NCBI RefSeq assembly: GCF_006345805.1
Contig: NC_043022.1
Span: 21,762,001-21,826,000, forward strand
Length of the DNA stretch: 64,000 nucleotides
Reading direction: 5' to 3'
Source: Octopus sinensis
Taxonomy: Eukaryota
A model generated the notes under the pieces. That model worked only from the letters and a program-made list of their open reading frames with translations, had not been told where the DNA came from and ran no database searches. The translations under genes and the position numbers were made by a program. This document shows, in pieces, positions 23,225-34,994 of the stretch (position 1 is the stretch's first letter; each line of letters begins with the position of its first letter).

Positions 23225-23628
23225 CTTTTCTCTTTACTCTTTTATTTGTTTCAGTCATTTTGACTGCGGCCATGCTGGAGCACCGCCTTTAGTCGAGCAA
23301 CTCGACCCCGGGACTTATTCTTTTGTAAGCCCAGTACTTATTCTATCGGCCTTTTTTGCCGAACCTCTAAGTAACGGGGACATAAACACACCAGCATTGG
23401 TTGTCAAGCAATGCTAGGAGGACAAACACACACAAGCATATATATATATATATATATACACACACACGACGGGCTTCTTTCAGTTTCCGTCTACCAAATC
23501 CACTCACAAGACTTTGGTCGGCCCGAGGCTATAGTAGAAGACACTTGCCCAAGTTGCCACACAGTGGGACTGAACCCAGAACCATGTGGTTGGTAAACAA
23601 GCTACTTACCACACAGCCACTCCTGCGC
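23225..23628 (-). mobile_element. Family A SINE, full length
   Basis: Head, internal (TA)/(CA) microsatellite and (ttttactc)n tail present. Confidence 0.9.
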
Positions 23629-23974
23629 CTTGTGGCACATAAAAAGCACCACCCTGCAGTGCACTGAGGCTGTTTCTCTGGCAAACTTGTAGAAGGCTCT
23701 GGAGTTAGATTTTATATTGTCTATTTCCCTTCGCAAATACTGAACGGGCACAATGTCATTAGCCATCTGAAGGAGATGTCTTCCTGGGGCTGTCCCGTAA
23801 GGAACTTGCTTTTTACTCTTTTTTGTAATATTAATACATGTATGTCTAACACATAGTTACTACATGTGTATGTTTTCTTCTGACACTTTCTAATGCTTTG
23901 GAATAAATAGACACCCTGGAATGTCTACCGGATGATGTATGTCGTTTTGTATCCTCTCCATTTTCTTATTTGCC

Positions 23975-24010
<36 letters not shown>

Positions 24011-24145
24011 CTTATATATAACAGGTGCCAGTAATATATAGTTATATATATATATAACTATATATAACTCAATTTCCACTTATAATTTACTCGCTACAGA
24101 AAAAAACCGAAGAACTGAAATCGGGCAAGCCGGCCGATAGAATTT

Positions 24146-24690
24146 TTGAAAACTTAAGGACACAGAATGCTTGTACCATGTAGCCAACTAGAAATGGTGT
24201 TTCTTGGGGCTAAATATCACTATTTTTCCCTTTCCTGGGACTGCCATATTAAGTTGGCGACAAACCATCACTTTATCGTGTTGCCACTACATAACTCTCT
24301 CTGAGAGATTTAGAAATGCAATATTTCTAATTTTGTAGATCAGTGAATTTATTTCACTTGAAATTCTATAAGTTTTCAACAGCAATTTAGCATTGCCAGT
24401 TAGCAAGGCCAAGCTACTCCAGACTGATGAAGGACAACTACCCTGAAACTAGTGTCTGAGTGCTGGCTTTGTTGAGTGGAGGTGCTTCTCTCCCCTGTTT
24501 GAAGACTTTAGGACAGAATGCTTGTGTCACACAGCCAACTAGAAACGGTGTTTCTTGGGACTAAATAGCAGTGGTATTCTTTCCTTTCCTGAGACTGCAA
24601 CATTAAGTTGTCAGCAAACCATGACTTTAATGTGCTGCCACTGCATAACTCTCACTCAGAGATTTATAAATGCAATATTTCTAATTTTAT
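24146..24690 (+). repeat. About 190-bp diverged direct repeats flanking the hammerhead motif
   Basis: aggacacagaatgcttgt...aaatgcaatatttctaatttt at about 24146-24336 and 24500-24690. Confidence 0.85.
24416..24461 (+). ncRNA. Type I hammerhead-ribozyme-like motif, probably inactive, in a Penelope-like repeat
   Basis: actccaga-CTGATGA-agg(acaactac)cct-GAA-ACTAGT-g-tctgagt: core motifs, stems I and II, palindromic stem III. Position 17 is G, not H. Confidence 0.6.
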
Positions 24691-25384
24691 ATATATATTT
24701 TTATATATTATGTATTTATGTCTACATAGATATTTATATATATTTTTATGTATAGATATATATAACAACTATAAATAAGGGTATCTGAGAGACACCACCA
24801 TGCTGAAATAGCAGCCAAACCCTGACTCTAAAAACCACCTAAAATGTTCATATCGCACCATGAGACAAGACAGAGAGACAAAATAAACTAGCAAAAAGAT
24901 ATTACTGGATAATTCAAGATCCTGGATTTCTAGCTTTGCTTCAGATAAGCTCTGCTTTCGTCAGTTGAATATACCACATTATATATATATATTAAAGTCA
25001 TAAATGACAAATATTTTGATCAATTTTCATTTAACAATAAGAAAAATCCTCATATTACAAGAAATTGTTTCATAACTCAAAAACATGTAAATGATTTATA
25101 TAATTATATTTAAAAATAACGAATTACTTAGATATCTGCATTAATGCAAAACGTAAAGAATTCGTTCAAAATAATGCAGAATTTGAGATACGTTTTCAAG
25201 TGAAAGAGGGTCTTTGTAAAATATTTCTGTTATTTATGACTTTTTACACTCCTTATCCTTTTTTTTTTGTATATTAGTATATATTCTATATGGTTTGTAC
25301 AGTGATACACTAAGGAGCATTTTTTATGAACACTAGCAGATTACTTGAATCTATATAATGTAACTTACATATATATATCCCTTG

Positions 25385-26305
25385 CTGGTGGCACGTAAAA
25401 AGCACCATCCGATTGTGGCTGTTGCCAGCCTCTCCTGGCACGTAAAAAGCACCCACTACACTCATGGAGTGGTTGGCATTAGGAAGGGCATCCAACCGTA
25501 GAAACACTGCCAGATCAGACTGGGCCTGATGCGGCCTTCTGGCTTCACAGACCCCAGTTGAACCATCCAACCCATGCTAGCATGGAAAGCGGACGCTAAA
25601 TGATGATGATGATGATATATATATATGAAGTATTTATGTTTATCATCATCATCGTTTAACGTCCGCTTTCCATACTAGCATCAGTTGGACGATTTGACTG
25701 AGGTCTGCAGTGACATGTAACTGCTTCTGTGCTAGTGACATGTAAAAGCAGCTGTCAGTGACACATAAAAGTCATCTACTACACTTGGAGTAGTTGGCAT
25801 TAGGAAGGGCACCGGGTCATAGAAACCAAGCTCAATTCAGATTGGAACCTAGTGCTCATCCCCAGCTTACTAGTTCCAGTGAAGCTGCCTAGTCCATGCC
25901 AGCATGGAAAGCAGATGTTAAATGATGATGATGATGATAATGACAACTGTAGCAACATTAGTTTATAAATAGTACTTATTACTTTAACTCTTTAGCATTC
26001 AGATAATTCTATCAAATGTAATACCTTTTCATCTATCATCATCGTTTAATGTCCGCTTTCCATGCTAGCATGGGTTGGACGATTTGACTGAGGTCTGGCG
26101 AACCAGATGGCTGCACCAGGCTCCAATCTGATCTGGCAGAGTTTTTACAGCTGGATGCCCTTCCTAATGCCAACCACTCCAAGAATGTAGTGGGTGCTTT
26201 TACATACCGTCAGGCGGTACTGGCAACAGCCATGCTCAAATGGTGCTTTGTATGTGCCGCCTGCACAGGAGCCAGTCCAGCGGCACTGGCAACGACCTTG
26301 CTCGA
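25385..26305. mobile_element. Cluster of family E copies in both orientations
   Basis: + 25385-25615, - 25645-25700, + 25710-25945, - 26035-26305. Confidence 0.82.
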
Positions 26306-26429
26306 AAATATATATGTATATAAACTTCATGTTGGCTTAAATGTGTATGTATATATATATATATATACATACACACACACACACGCATTTATATATATAT
26401 ATATATATAAATAAATGTGTGTATGTATG

Positions 26430-26485
<56 letters not shown>

Positions 26486-26836
26486 TTTATGCTGACCAAA
26501 GCCTTGTGAGTAGATTTGGTTGATGGAAACTGAAAGAAGTCCATACGTACCAATGTGTGTATGTATGTGAACATATGCATGTGTGTATATGTGCACATAC
26601 ACACACACACACACACACACTTGTGTCCTGTGGGTGATATTTTCAACCAAGACATTACAACCATATCAGATTCTTCAAGTGCATCAATTCTGTCTATTTA
26701 CATACATTTACTAGATTGCTCACATTTATTAATGGTTTCCTGCTGTGTCGATGCCCCATTTTTTCTATCCTTAATAAAATTGTCTGCATTTTTGTTGACA
26801 TGGGTATTGTACTTATTATATAATAAATACATTATT

Positions 26837-27238
26837 AGGTGTAGGAGTGGCTGTGTGGTAAGTAGCTTGCTTACGAACCACATGGTTCCGAGTTCAGTCC
26901 CACTGCGGGGCACCTTCGGCAAGTGTCTTCTACTATAGCCTCGGGCCGACCAAAGCCTTGTGGGTGGATTTGGTAGACGGAAACTGAAAGAAGCCTGTCG
27001 TATATATGTATATATATATATAAGTGCGTGTGTATGTATCTGTGTTTGTCCCCCCAACATCGCTTGACAACCGATGCTGGTGTGTTTACGTCCCCGTAAC
27101 TTAGCGGTTCGGCAAAAGAGATCCGATAGAATAAGTACTAGGCTTACAAAGAATAAGTCCTGGGGTCGATTTGCTTGGGGGTCCATGCTCCAGCATGGCC
27201 ACAGTCAAATGGCTGAAACAAGTAAAAGGAGTAAAAAG
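26837..27238 (+). mobile_element. Family A SINE, full length
   Basis: aggtgtaggagtggctgtgtggtaag ... gaaacaagtaaaagg. Confidence 0.92.
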
Positions 27239-27864
27239 AGATTATATTTATTACATTACATCAGTATTATTTCACCAACTTTAGCAAAGGAAGACTCCTC
27301 ATGGAAGAATGCGACGTGTTTGCTGAATGAAACCATATTCCCCACCAAATATACTTAACCAACACTCATAAAATGAAAAGAAACTCCACCACATGATTAA
27401 CGTCAAGTACAGTTTAGCTGATCAATAACGAACGAAGAAAAGAAGCAATTAAAGTAAACTAATCAAAAGTGACTAGACACATAAATAACTAGACATAGAA
27501 ATCGTGTCATTCTGCCTACTCTTTGTACCTACCCCTAATATCCAATTATCACCTGGTGTCGGTAGACCATCTCAACAGACCAATCTAGTTTTTTTTCTTA
27601 ATTGATCAAAAAAAAAAATTTTTTTTTAATCCTGCTGTTTTATTATCCTTCATGCATTATATTCGTATTATTAGTCTGAAGTAAGTACACACTTACACAG
27701 AAACTCAAAGACATAGAAATACATTGATATAAAAACATATATACATACATAGTGAGACATTATTAATAATTTAGCATATATATATATATATTTACACACA
27801 CACATATCTACACCACAGAAACACACTCATTCGGACCTATATGTATACACACCCATATATATAT

Positions 27865-27916
<52 letters not shown>

Positions 27917-27918
<2 letters not shown>

Positions 27919-28550
27919 GGTGTAGGAGTGGCTGTGTGGTAGGTAGCTTGCTTATGAACCACATGGTTCCGGGTTCAGTCCTACTGCGTGGCACCTTGGG
28001 CAAATGTTTTCTACTGTAGCCTCAGGCAGACCAAAGCCTTGTGAATGGATTTGGTAGACGGAAACTGAAAGAAGCCCGTCGTATATATATATATATATAT
28101 ATGTATATATGCGTGTGTATGTTTGTGTGTCTGTGTTTGTCCCCCTAGCATTGCTTGACAACCGATGCTGGTGTGTTTACGTCCCCGTAACTTAGCAGTT
28201 CGGCAAAAGAGACCGATAGAATAAGTAGTAGGCTTACAAAGAATAAGTCCTGGGGTCGATTTGCTCGACTAAAGGCAGTGCTCCAGCATGGCCGCAGTCA
28301 AATGACTGAAACAAGTAAAAGAGTAAAACAATAAAGGTGGCGAACTGGCAGAATCATTAGCATGCCAAGCAAAGTGCTTAGTGGCATTTTGTCTGCCTTT
28401 ATGTTCTGAGTTCAAATTCCACGAAGGCCAACTTTGCTTGTTGTCCTTTCGGGGTCAATAAAATAAGTACCAGTTGAGCACTAGGGTCAATGTAATCAAC
28501 TTCCTCTCGCCCCCACCCCCAAAAAATTACTGGCCTTGTGCCAAAATTTG
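27917..28550 (+). mobile_element. Family A SINE (27917-28325) followed by family B SINE (28330-28550)
   Basis: Matches other copies in the window. Confidence 0.88.
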
Positions 28551-28559
28551 AAACCATTG

Positions 28560-29060
28560 TTGTTATTATTATTATTAGTAGTAGTAGTAGTAAGTTAGTA
28601 CATGCTAATTTAATTAGCTGGAATATTATCTCCAGGTTTGCTGACAACCAGTCTCCTCAAATCTCAAGAATCTTTCTCAGGTTTCTTGCAGAATATAGGA
28701 AGGTACTTTTCTGCAGGTTGATAATGTGTGTCTCATTTCCAATATCTTTCAGTCTTTTAGATAACATTTTGAGTGTTGTTCCAAGTGCACCATTACTGTA
28801 GGAATAATTACTGTCTTAATTTTCCACAGTCACTTCAGCTCTCTGCCTCAATCCTGATATTTCTCAATCTTTTCAATTTCTTTGCTATCAGCTCTGTTAT
28901 CATAGGGAATTGCAAAATTTATAATCATGCAATGTTTGTTTATTTTGATATCTATAACCATGTCTGGTCTTCTTGTCTTAACAGTATGGTCAGTTTTTCA
29001 TGGGGAAGTCTCATAAGATCCTGAATTTTCATTTTCTTACTATTTTTCTGTTTATTATGT
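28560..29060 (-). mobile_element. RLE-type (R4/Dong-like) non-LTR retrotransposon 3' end
   Basis: With frameshifts: RRPDMV...IINFAIPYD...GALGT...LQKSTFLYSARNLRKILEI*; (TAA)/(TAC) tail. Confidence 0.7.
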
Positions 29061-29439
29061 GAAAGAGCAGCGCATGCCATCAAAGTGACAGTGGGGCACG
29101 AATATATGAAGCCTAATATACCCATCATATCTACCCATCTATTAAGGGTACACCAGGTACATGCATCACAAACATGTGTGCAACATGGTGATCTAATATC
29201 AAGATAAATAATGCATGACCTTGCAAAAGGTCCCTAAATGAGGGTTGTTTAAGGATGTTTCCAGAGGTGATTTATTCAAACCCCAAAGAATTCCTCTCAA
29301 CACATGGTTATGATGCCCTCCCACTATTTCTGCTTGTGATTGCCAGCTACTAAGGCACATGCTCAACTGGTGAAGGTCAAGTAACTGACAAGCAAATCTG
29401 TGGTATTGAGCAGAATATTTGCTGTAGCCCACCTTTTAT

Positions 29440-30175
29440 ACCAAATTATTATTATTGTTTTTATTATTTGATGAATACTCTCAGCTTATTTTGCTGGGTA
29501 AGATGGAATGTCATCTGTCCACAGCCAGTAGACTAAGGTGACACTTGTTTACTGGTCATGCCTCAAGAACCTTGCAAAGAACTCTGGCAGTTCTAAGCAA
29601 TGCTGAGTTTTGGATGTATTCTGTCTTTACATTTGTACCAGTCTTTTTGAGCCATGGTGGTTGTTGAGTGCTGATACTTCCAAGCGTGCTGATTACTATT
29701 GGTATTACGTCCACTTTCTTCATTACCCATGTAGTGTGATGGATGAAGAGGACAACAGAAGGAGAAGGAGAAAGAAATTCAAACAGGTCTTACCTCGGCG
29801 AAGATCAGAGGGCCCTTACAAATTCGACACGTCCTGTCGCTTCCTCGTCTATGCTCGAATTGCCCGCTTCCTCGATCGCCACACGTGCGTCCCGCTTGAC
29901 CGCTTCCGCTTCCCCCCGCACATGCGCCCTCCAGTCTTCCACCGGCCCCTGCAAGCCCTACTTCCGCCCACCTCATCTGTCGTCCTCTCCACCGACACCA
30001 CAACCCACAACCTGTATCTTTCCCACTTCAAATCGTCATAGTTATTCAGTTTTTCTTCTTCTTTCTCTTTGATCCTGTTGTCACTGGGACATGCTGTGTT
30101 AATTATCACAAGTTTTTTCTTGTTGTTCACCACAACAATGTCAGGTTTCCCATGTCTGATCTGATGGTCACATTA
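29440..30175 (-). mobile_element. Second RLE-type LINE 3' end, interrupted by a 273-bp insertion
   Basis: CDHQIRHGKPDIVVVNNKKKLVIINTACPSDNRIKEKEEEKLNNYDDLKWERYRLW|VMKKVDVIPIVISTLGS...ALLRTARVL; frame is restored when 29730-30002 plus one TSD is removed. Confidence 0.85.
29730..30002. mobile_element. GC-rich TGT...ACA element with 5-bp TSD (solo LTR or Ginger-like)
   Basis: TSD accca at 29725-29729 and 30003-30007; imperfect terminal inverted similarity of about 27 bp. Confidence 0.8.
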
Positions 30176-30179
30176 TTAT

Positions 30180-30790
30180 TATTATTATTTGTCTGAAATA
30201 TTTTCATTATTTCTAAATTCATTCAAAGAATGTGGGTGTTTGGTATTTGCGATTGTTAGTTTTTTTAGATGAAAAAATATTTAAGTATCTATTATTAGCA
30301 GAATTTGCATAAAATTTCTGGCAGGAGTCTCAATACTCATTATACTCAGCTTAATACTTTGACTTACCAGGTCTCAGCTGTAGTTGATGACACCAGCACT
30401 GGACCACCAAACAGACACCATTAGCTTTTTTTAGTGAATATTCTTTTTTTAGCACTTTGTCTCTATCCAACCACCATGCAGAATGCTTGCTATTGTTGAA
30501 AAGAATCCATTTTTCATCACATGTAATAATACAATGCAAAAATGGTTACTTTTCATGCTGTGACAGCAAAGAACAGCAAGTTTCAAGATGACATGTCATT
30601 TGATGCTCATTTAGTTTGTGTGAAACCCACTTGTCTAGCTTCTTTACCTTGCCGATTTATTTCAGATGGTCTAATATATTTGGAATTGAAACATCACCCC
30701 TTGCTTCTAACTCTCGTGTAGTTTGAGATGTATCTGCTTCCACTACAGTTTCCAGCTTGTCGTTTATCCACCTTGGTCTTGGGTCTACTA
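30180..30790 (-). mobile_element. Degenerate mariner transposase fragment
   Basis: KLETVVEADTSQTTREL...ILDHLKQIGKVKELDKWV...HCIITCDEKWILFNN. Confidence 0.8.
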
Positions 30791-30814
30791 TGGGGTTGAT
30801 TTTCAAGAGTAAAG

Positions 30815-31598
30815 TCACTTTCCATGCTGGCATGGGTTGGACGGTTTGAGGACTGGTGAACCAGATGGCTGCACCAGGCTTCAATCTGATCTGGCAAAGT
30901 TTCTACAGTTGGATGCCCTTCCTAACGCCAACCACTCTGAGAGTGTAGTGGGTGCTTTTACATGTCACCAGCACGAGGGCCAGTCAGGTGGTACTGGCGA
31001 CGGCCATGCTCAAATGGTGTTTTTTACATGCTACCTGCACAGGAGCCAGTCCAGCGGCACTGGCAACGACCTGGAGGACAACAAATTTCTAGCAATTTAA
31101 TTTTTAGTAATTAAAAGAAATCAGAAGCACTGTTCTAAGCAAAAAAGTACAAAGCACATCTGAGAAGCAATTATATTGTGTACTCAAGTCTTGAAGAACT
31201 AACAAATATAAAATAATTATAAGGCATGGCTGTGTGATAAGAAGCTTGCTCCCAAACCACATGGTTCTGGGTTCAGTCCTGTTGTGTGGCACTTTGGGCA
31301 AGTATCTTCTACAATAGCTTCAAGCCAATCAAAACCTGGTGAGTGAACTTGGGAGACGAAAACTGAAAGAAACTCGTGTGTGTGTTTGTGTTTGTCCTCC
31401 CTTCCCCCACCATTATCTTACAACTGGTGTTGGTGTTTGTACATCCCCTTAGTGGTTCGGCAAAAGAGACTGATAGAATAAGTACTAGGTTTAAAAGAAG
31501 CAAAGTCCTGGGTTCGATTTGTTTGACTTAAACCCCCTCAAGGCGGTGCTCCAGCATGGTCGCAGTTAGAAGACTGTAACAAGTAAAAGATAAAAGAA
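30815..31598. mobile_element. Family E copy (-, 30815-31080) and family A copy (+, 31225-31598)
   Basis: Match other copies in the window. Confidence 0.82.
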
Positions 31599-31939
31599 GT
31601 AGAATAACATAAGCAACAGCACACAAGTTGAGATCTAATAATGAATAAAATAATAACCAGGTCAATTAACGAGACATGATACATGCCGTACAGGGGTATC
31701 AAATTATAAATGCATTAAAAAAACTAATTAGCAGTTGAAAATTATTTGGGTTACAACCTAATTGAGGTAGTTAAGTAGATTATATGACTGGATTGTCAAG
31801 GCCTCATAGATAATGACCTCCAGATTTACAAGTGTGAAACACATCTGAAAAATGCATACCAACTGCAATATGCATACATAGACACAAGTATACGTACACA
31901 TGCACTGTAATCTTAACAACATGGATATATATGCCCATG

Positions 31940-32400
31940 GGCATATGGAGTAGTGGTTAAGAGCGCGGGCTACTAACACCAAGTATCCGAGTTCGATTCT
32001 AAGCTGTGACCTGCTCAATAATAATAATAATAACATCAAAAAATACCTTAGGAATGAGAACCCAGGTTCGAAATTTCCCCAAGACACCTGATGAAGGCTG
32101 GAGGATATATCAGCTGAAATGTCATCATCATCATCATTTAACGTCCGCTTTCCATGTTAGCATGGGTTGGACGATTTGACTGAGGTCTGGCAAACCAGAC
32201 TCCAATCTGATCTGGCAGAGTTTCTACAGCTGGATGCCCTTCCTAACGCCAACCACTCTGAGAGTGTAGTGGGTGCTTTTACGTGCCACCGGCACGAGGG
32301 CCAGTTTGGTGGTACTGGCAACGAACAACAAACAAGATGAAGACAAATATCTGTCGAATGTAAATAATTTATATAATTCCTCATCTCTTAAATATAGAAC
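31940..32400 (+). mobile_element. tRNA-headed SINE with a hammerhead-like core, split by a family E insertion (about 32122-32323)
   Basis: A-box-like TGGAGTAGTGG, B-box-like GAGTTCGATTCT; CTGATGA-aggctg..cagct-GAAA at 32088-32119. Confidence 0.6.
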
Positions 32401-32559
32401 TAGACATATACAGGTATATTAATGATTTTTTAAAAATTATGCCCATGTTTAGAGAATGTTTCATAATTAGCAAACGGCAGTTAAGACCAGCTTCACTTGA
32501 ACTGGGGAGATAACCTCAAGATTCAGGAATTCTCCAAAGTTGATTGTACCTACTCTTTA

Positions 32560-32935
32560 CTCTCTTTTACTCTTTTACTTGTTTCAGTCAATTGACTGCG
32601 GCCATGTTGGAGCACCGCCTTTAGTCGAGCAAATCGACCTGGGACTTATTCTTTGTAAGCCCAGTCTATCGGTCTTTTTTGCCGAACCGCTAAGTGACGG
32701 GGACGTAAACACACCAGCATCGGTTGTCAAGCAATGCTAGGGAGACAAACACAAACACACAAGCACACATATATACGACAGGCTTCTTTCAGTTTCTGAC
32801 TAGTAAATCCACTCACAAGGCTTTGATCAGCCCGAGGCTATAGTAGAAGACACTTGCCCACGATTCCACGCAGTGAGACTGAACCCGGAACCATGTGGTT
32901 GGTAAGCAAGCTACTTACCACACAGCCACTCCTGC
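32560..32935 (-). mobile_element. Family A SINE
   Basis: Reverse complement of family A. Confidence 0.88.
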
Positions 32936-33395
32936 GGAAAAGGACAGACTTCACGACTGAGTTGTGTTTTCTGTTGCTCGTTGCCCTTTTTAACACCAAG
33001 CGCCTTACAGAGTATGACTGGATGTTAATGTGGAGGTTGGTTGTATCCTCCAGTTTCTCATTTTATCTTTTCACAGTCAATCTCACTTGTGCCAGCTTAA
33101 GACCGGATCTTTCTGGTGCCGTTTTCATGAAATTAGTTCTTCCCAAGCCTCTTTTATTGACAGCAAGGAACTCCTTGTTTCTCCACCACCTCCCAAGCCT
33201 TCTTTTTTCATACCAGATTATGAAAATGATCTAGTATAGGATTTCAGTCATTTAACTCAAATGTCATGCTGAAAGTACAAGACCTATCCTTCTCATCATC
33301 ATCATCCCAGATAGTATATTCTTTTAACTTCATTTTACTTGTTTACTTCTTTAAAGAAAAGGTTCAAGTCCTTTTTTTGTAAAGAGTTTTAAGTT

Positions 33396-33730
33396 AACAA
33401 TTGCAGCGTGGAAGGTGTTTGTAAGCCATTTAAGAAACACACAAAAGCCGTTCGATCCACTTCAACATTTCAGTTTAATTTGTCAAAATATTTTCGTCGC
33501 TTTGAGACCGCGACCTGTTCACTGACAAAAATCCATGCTTCATCAGTGAACAGGTCGCGGTCTTAAAGCGACGAAAATATTTTGACAAATTAAACTTAAA
33601 TGCTGAAGTGGATCGAACAACTTTTGTGTGTTTCTTAAATGGCTTACAAACACCTTCCACGCTGCAATTGTTTTCGTTTCAGCACACGATCTCAGATCAA
33701 ATCACTTGCTAAGCAAGTACATCTCCGTAA
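33396..33730. mobile_element. Palindromic element: 130-bp arms, 17-nt loop, about 60-bp unique tail, 11-13-bp TSD
   Basis: Arms 33396-33525 and 33543-33672; TSD agttttaagttaa at 33385-33397 and 33731-33743. Confidence 0.9.
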
Positions 33731-34994
33731 AGTTTTAAGTTAAGTTAAACTGGAAGTTTTCAAGACTTGAAATAAATAATGAAACTGCAGTCAAGATAGT
33801 GCACCGTTTCTGCTCTGAGTTTCTCATGTTCAGCTTCCAACAGTCATCGTAGAAAATAGAAACTACATCATAACAGTGGCACAAAACTCACAACTTTGAA
33901 TAAACGGATAAACTTCTACATATATTGAGAACCTTTTTCTCCTGATTTGTAAATCCAGACACTCATCTGTCAAAATTTCTTAAGTTTGAAAAAGTTTGCT
34001 GCTCAATTACATGGTTCCAGGTTCAATTTGATGCTGTGCCATGCATTTTGGGCAAGGGTCTTCTCTTTTAGCCTTAAATCAACACAAGATGAAAACTGCA
34101 AATGCCTGGTAGAAGGATCAAGTGTCTTTTACCATAACCTTGGCTCCACTCAATTGTGGTGAGTGGAAGTGGATAGAAGGAAGCTGTGTCGAAGACTGTT
34201 AGATGAAGTATTCTTGTAATTCAAAGCTCCTGTTTTGTCACTCACTGTCCCATGCTGATTCTGTTTGAGAATCATGCAAGTACATGTTTGCGGAATACTC
34301 AACCACTTATATGAGTATATAGTTCAATCGATCAAGCAACTAGATACTCGTCATCAAAGCTGACAAAAGTTTTGGTTATTTTTTACATTGTTGTCATCAT
34401 CATCATCATCATCAGCAGCTGGACCATATGTCTGTGTACCATGCTGGTATGGCTTTGGGTGGTTCAACAGGACCTGATGAGTTCAGAGAGCATGTCAAGC
34501 TCCAATGTCTGCTTCAGCAGGGTTTTCTATGACTGAATGTCCTTCCTAACATCAACTAATTTACAGTGTACTAGGTGCTTTTTTTTTGTGGCACCAGCAC
34601 TAGTGAGGTCGCCATGTAACTTGCAAGACAGAAAAACTTTCTCAACTGAGTGGGGATGTAGTAGAAAGGGAGGTGGTTTTATGTCTGGTGAAACTAAAGT
34701 AAGAAGAAACAGCAAGAACAAGTGTCTTGCATGGCTTAAATTTGACAATGTTTTTATGTCTCCTTTTTTTCAGGAACAGATTCATATATTAATGGTGTTG
34801 AAGAGTATAAAATTTAAAGTCGTAGTTGAGAAAAGTTAGGTGATATGGAGGACAGAAAGCCATTTGAATATTTGTAAAGTGTTACTGGTATCATGATGAT
34901 TCCTGTTGGGTATCAAAATACTGACATCATGACTGCTGCTCAATGTCCCATGAACATTGTAAAGGTGTAAGATGTGACATAGATAGTTGCAGTC

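Noticed and set aside
24925-24975. Minus-strand CTGACGA...AAAGCT as another hammerhead
   Set aside because: The GAAA core is broken and no stem I complement was found.
29610-30133. Several overlapping ORFs in a GC-rich patch, suggesting a small gene or horizontal transfer
   Set aside because: Explained by a 273-bp TSD-flanked insertion into a LINE endonuclease domain.
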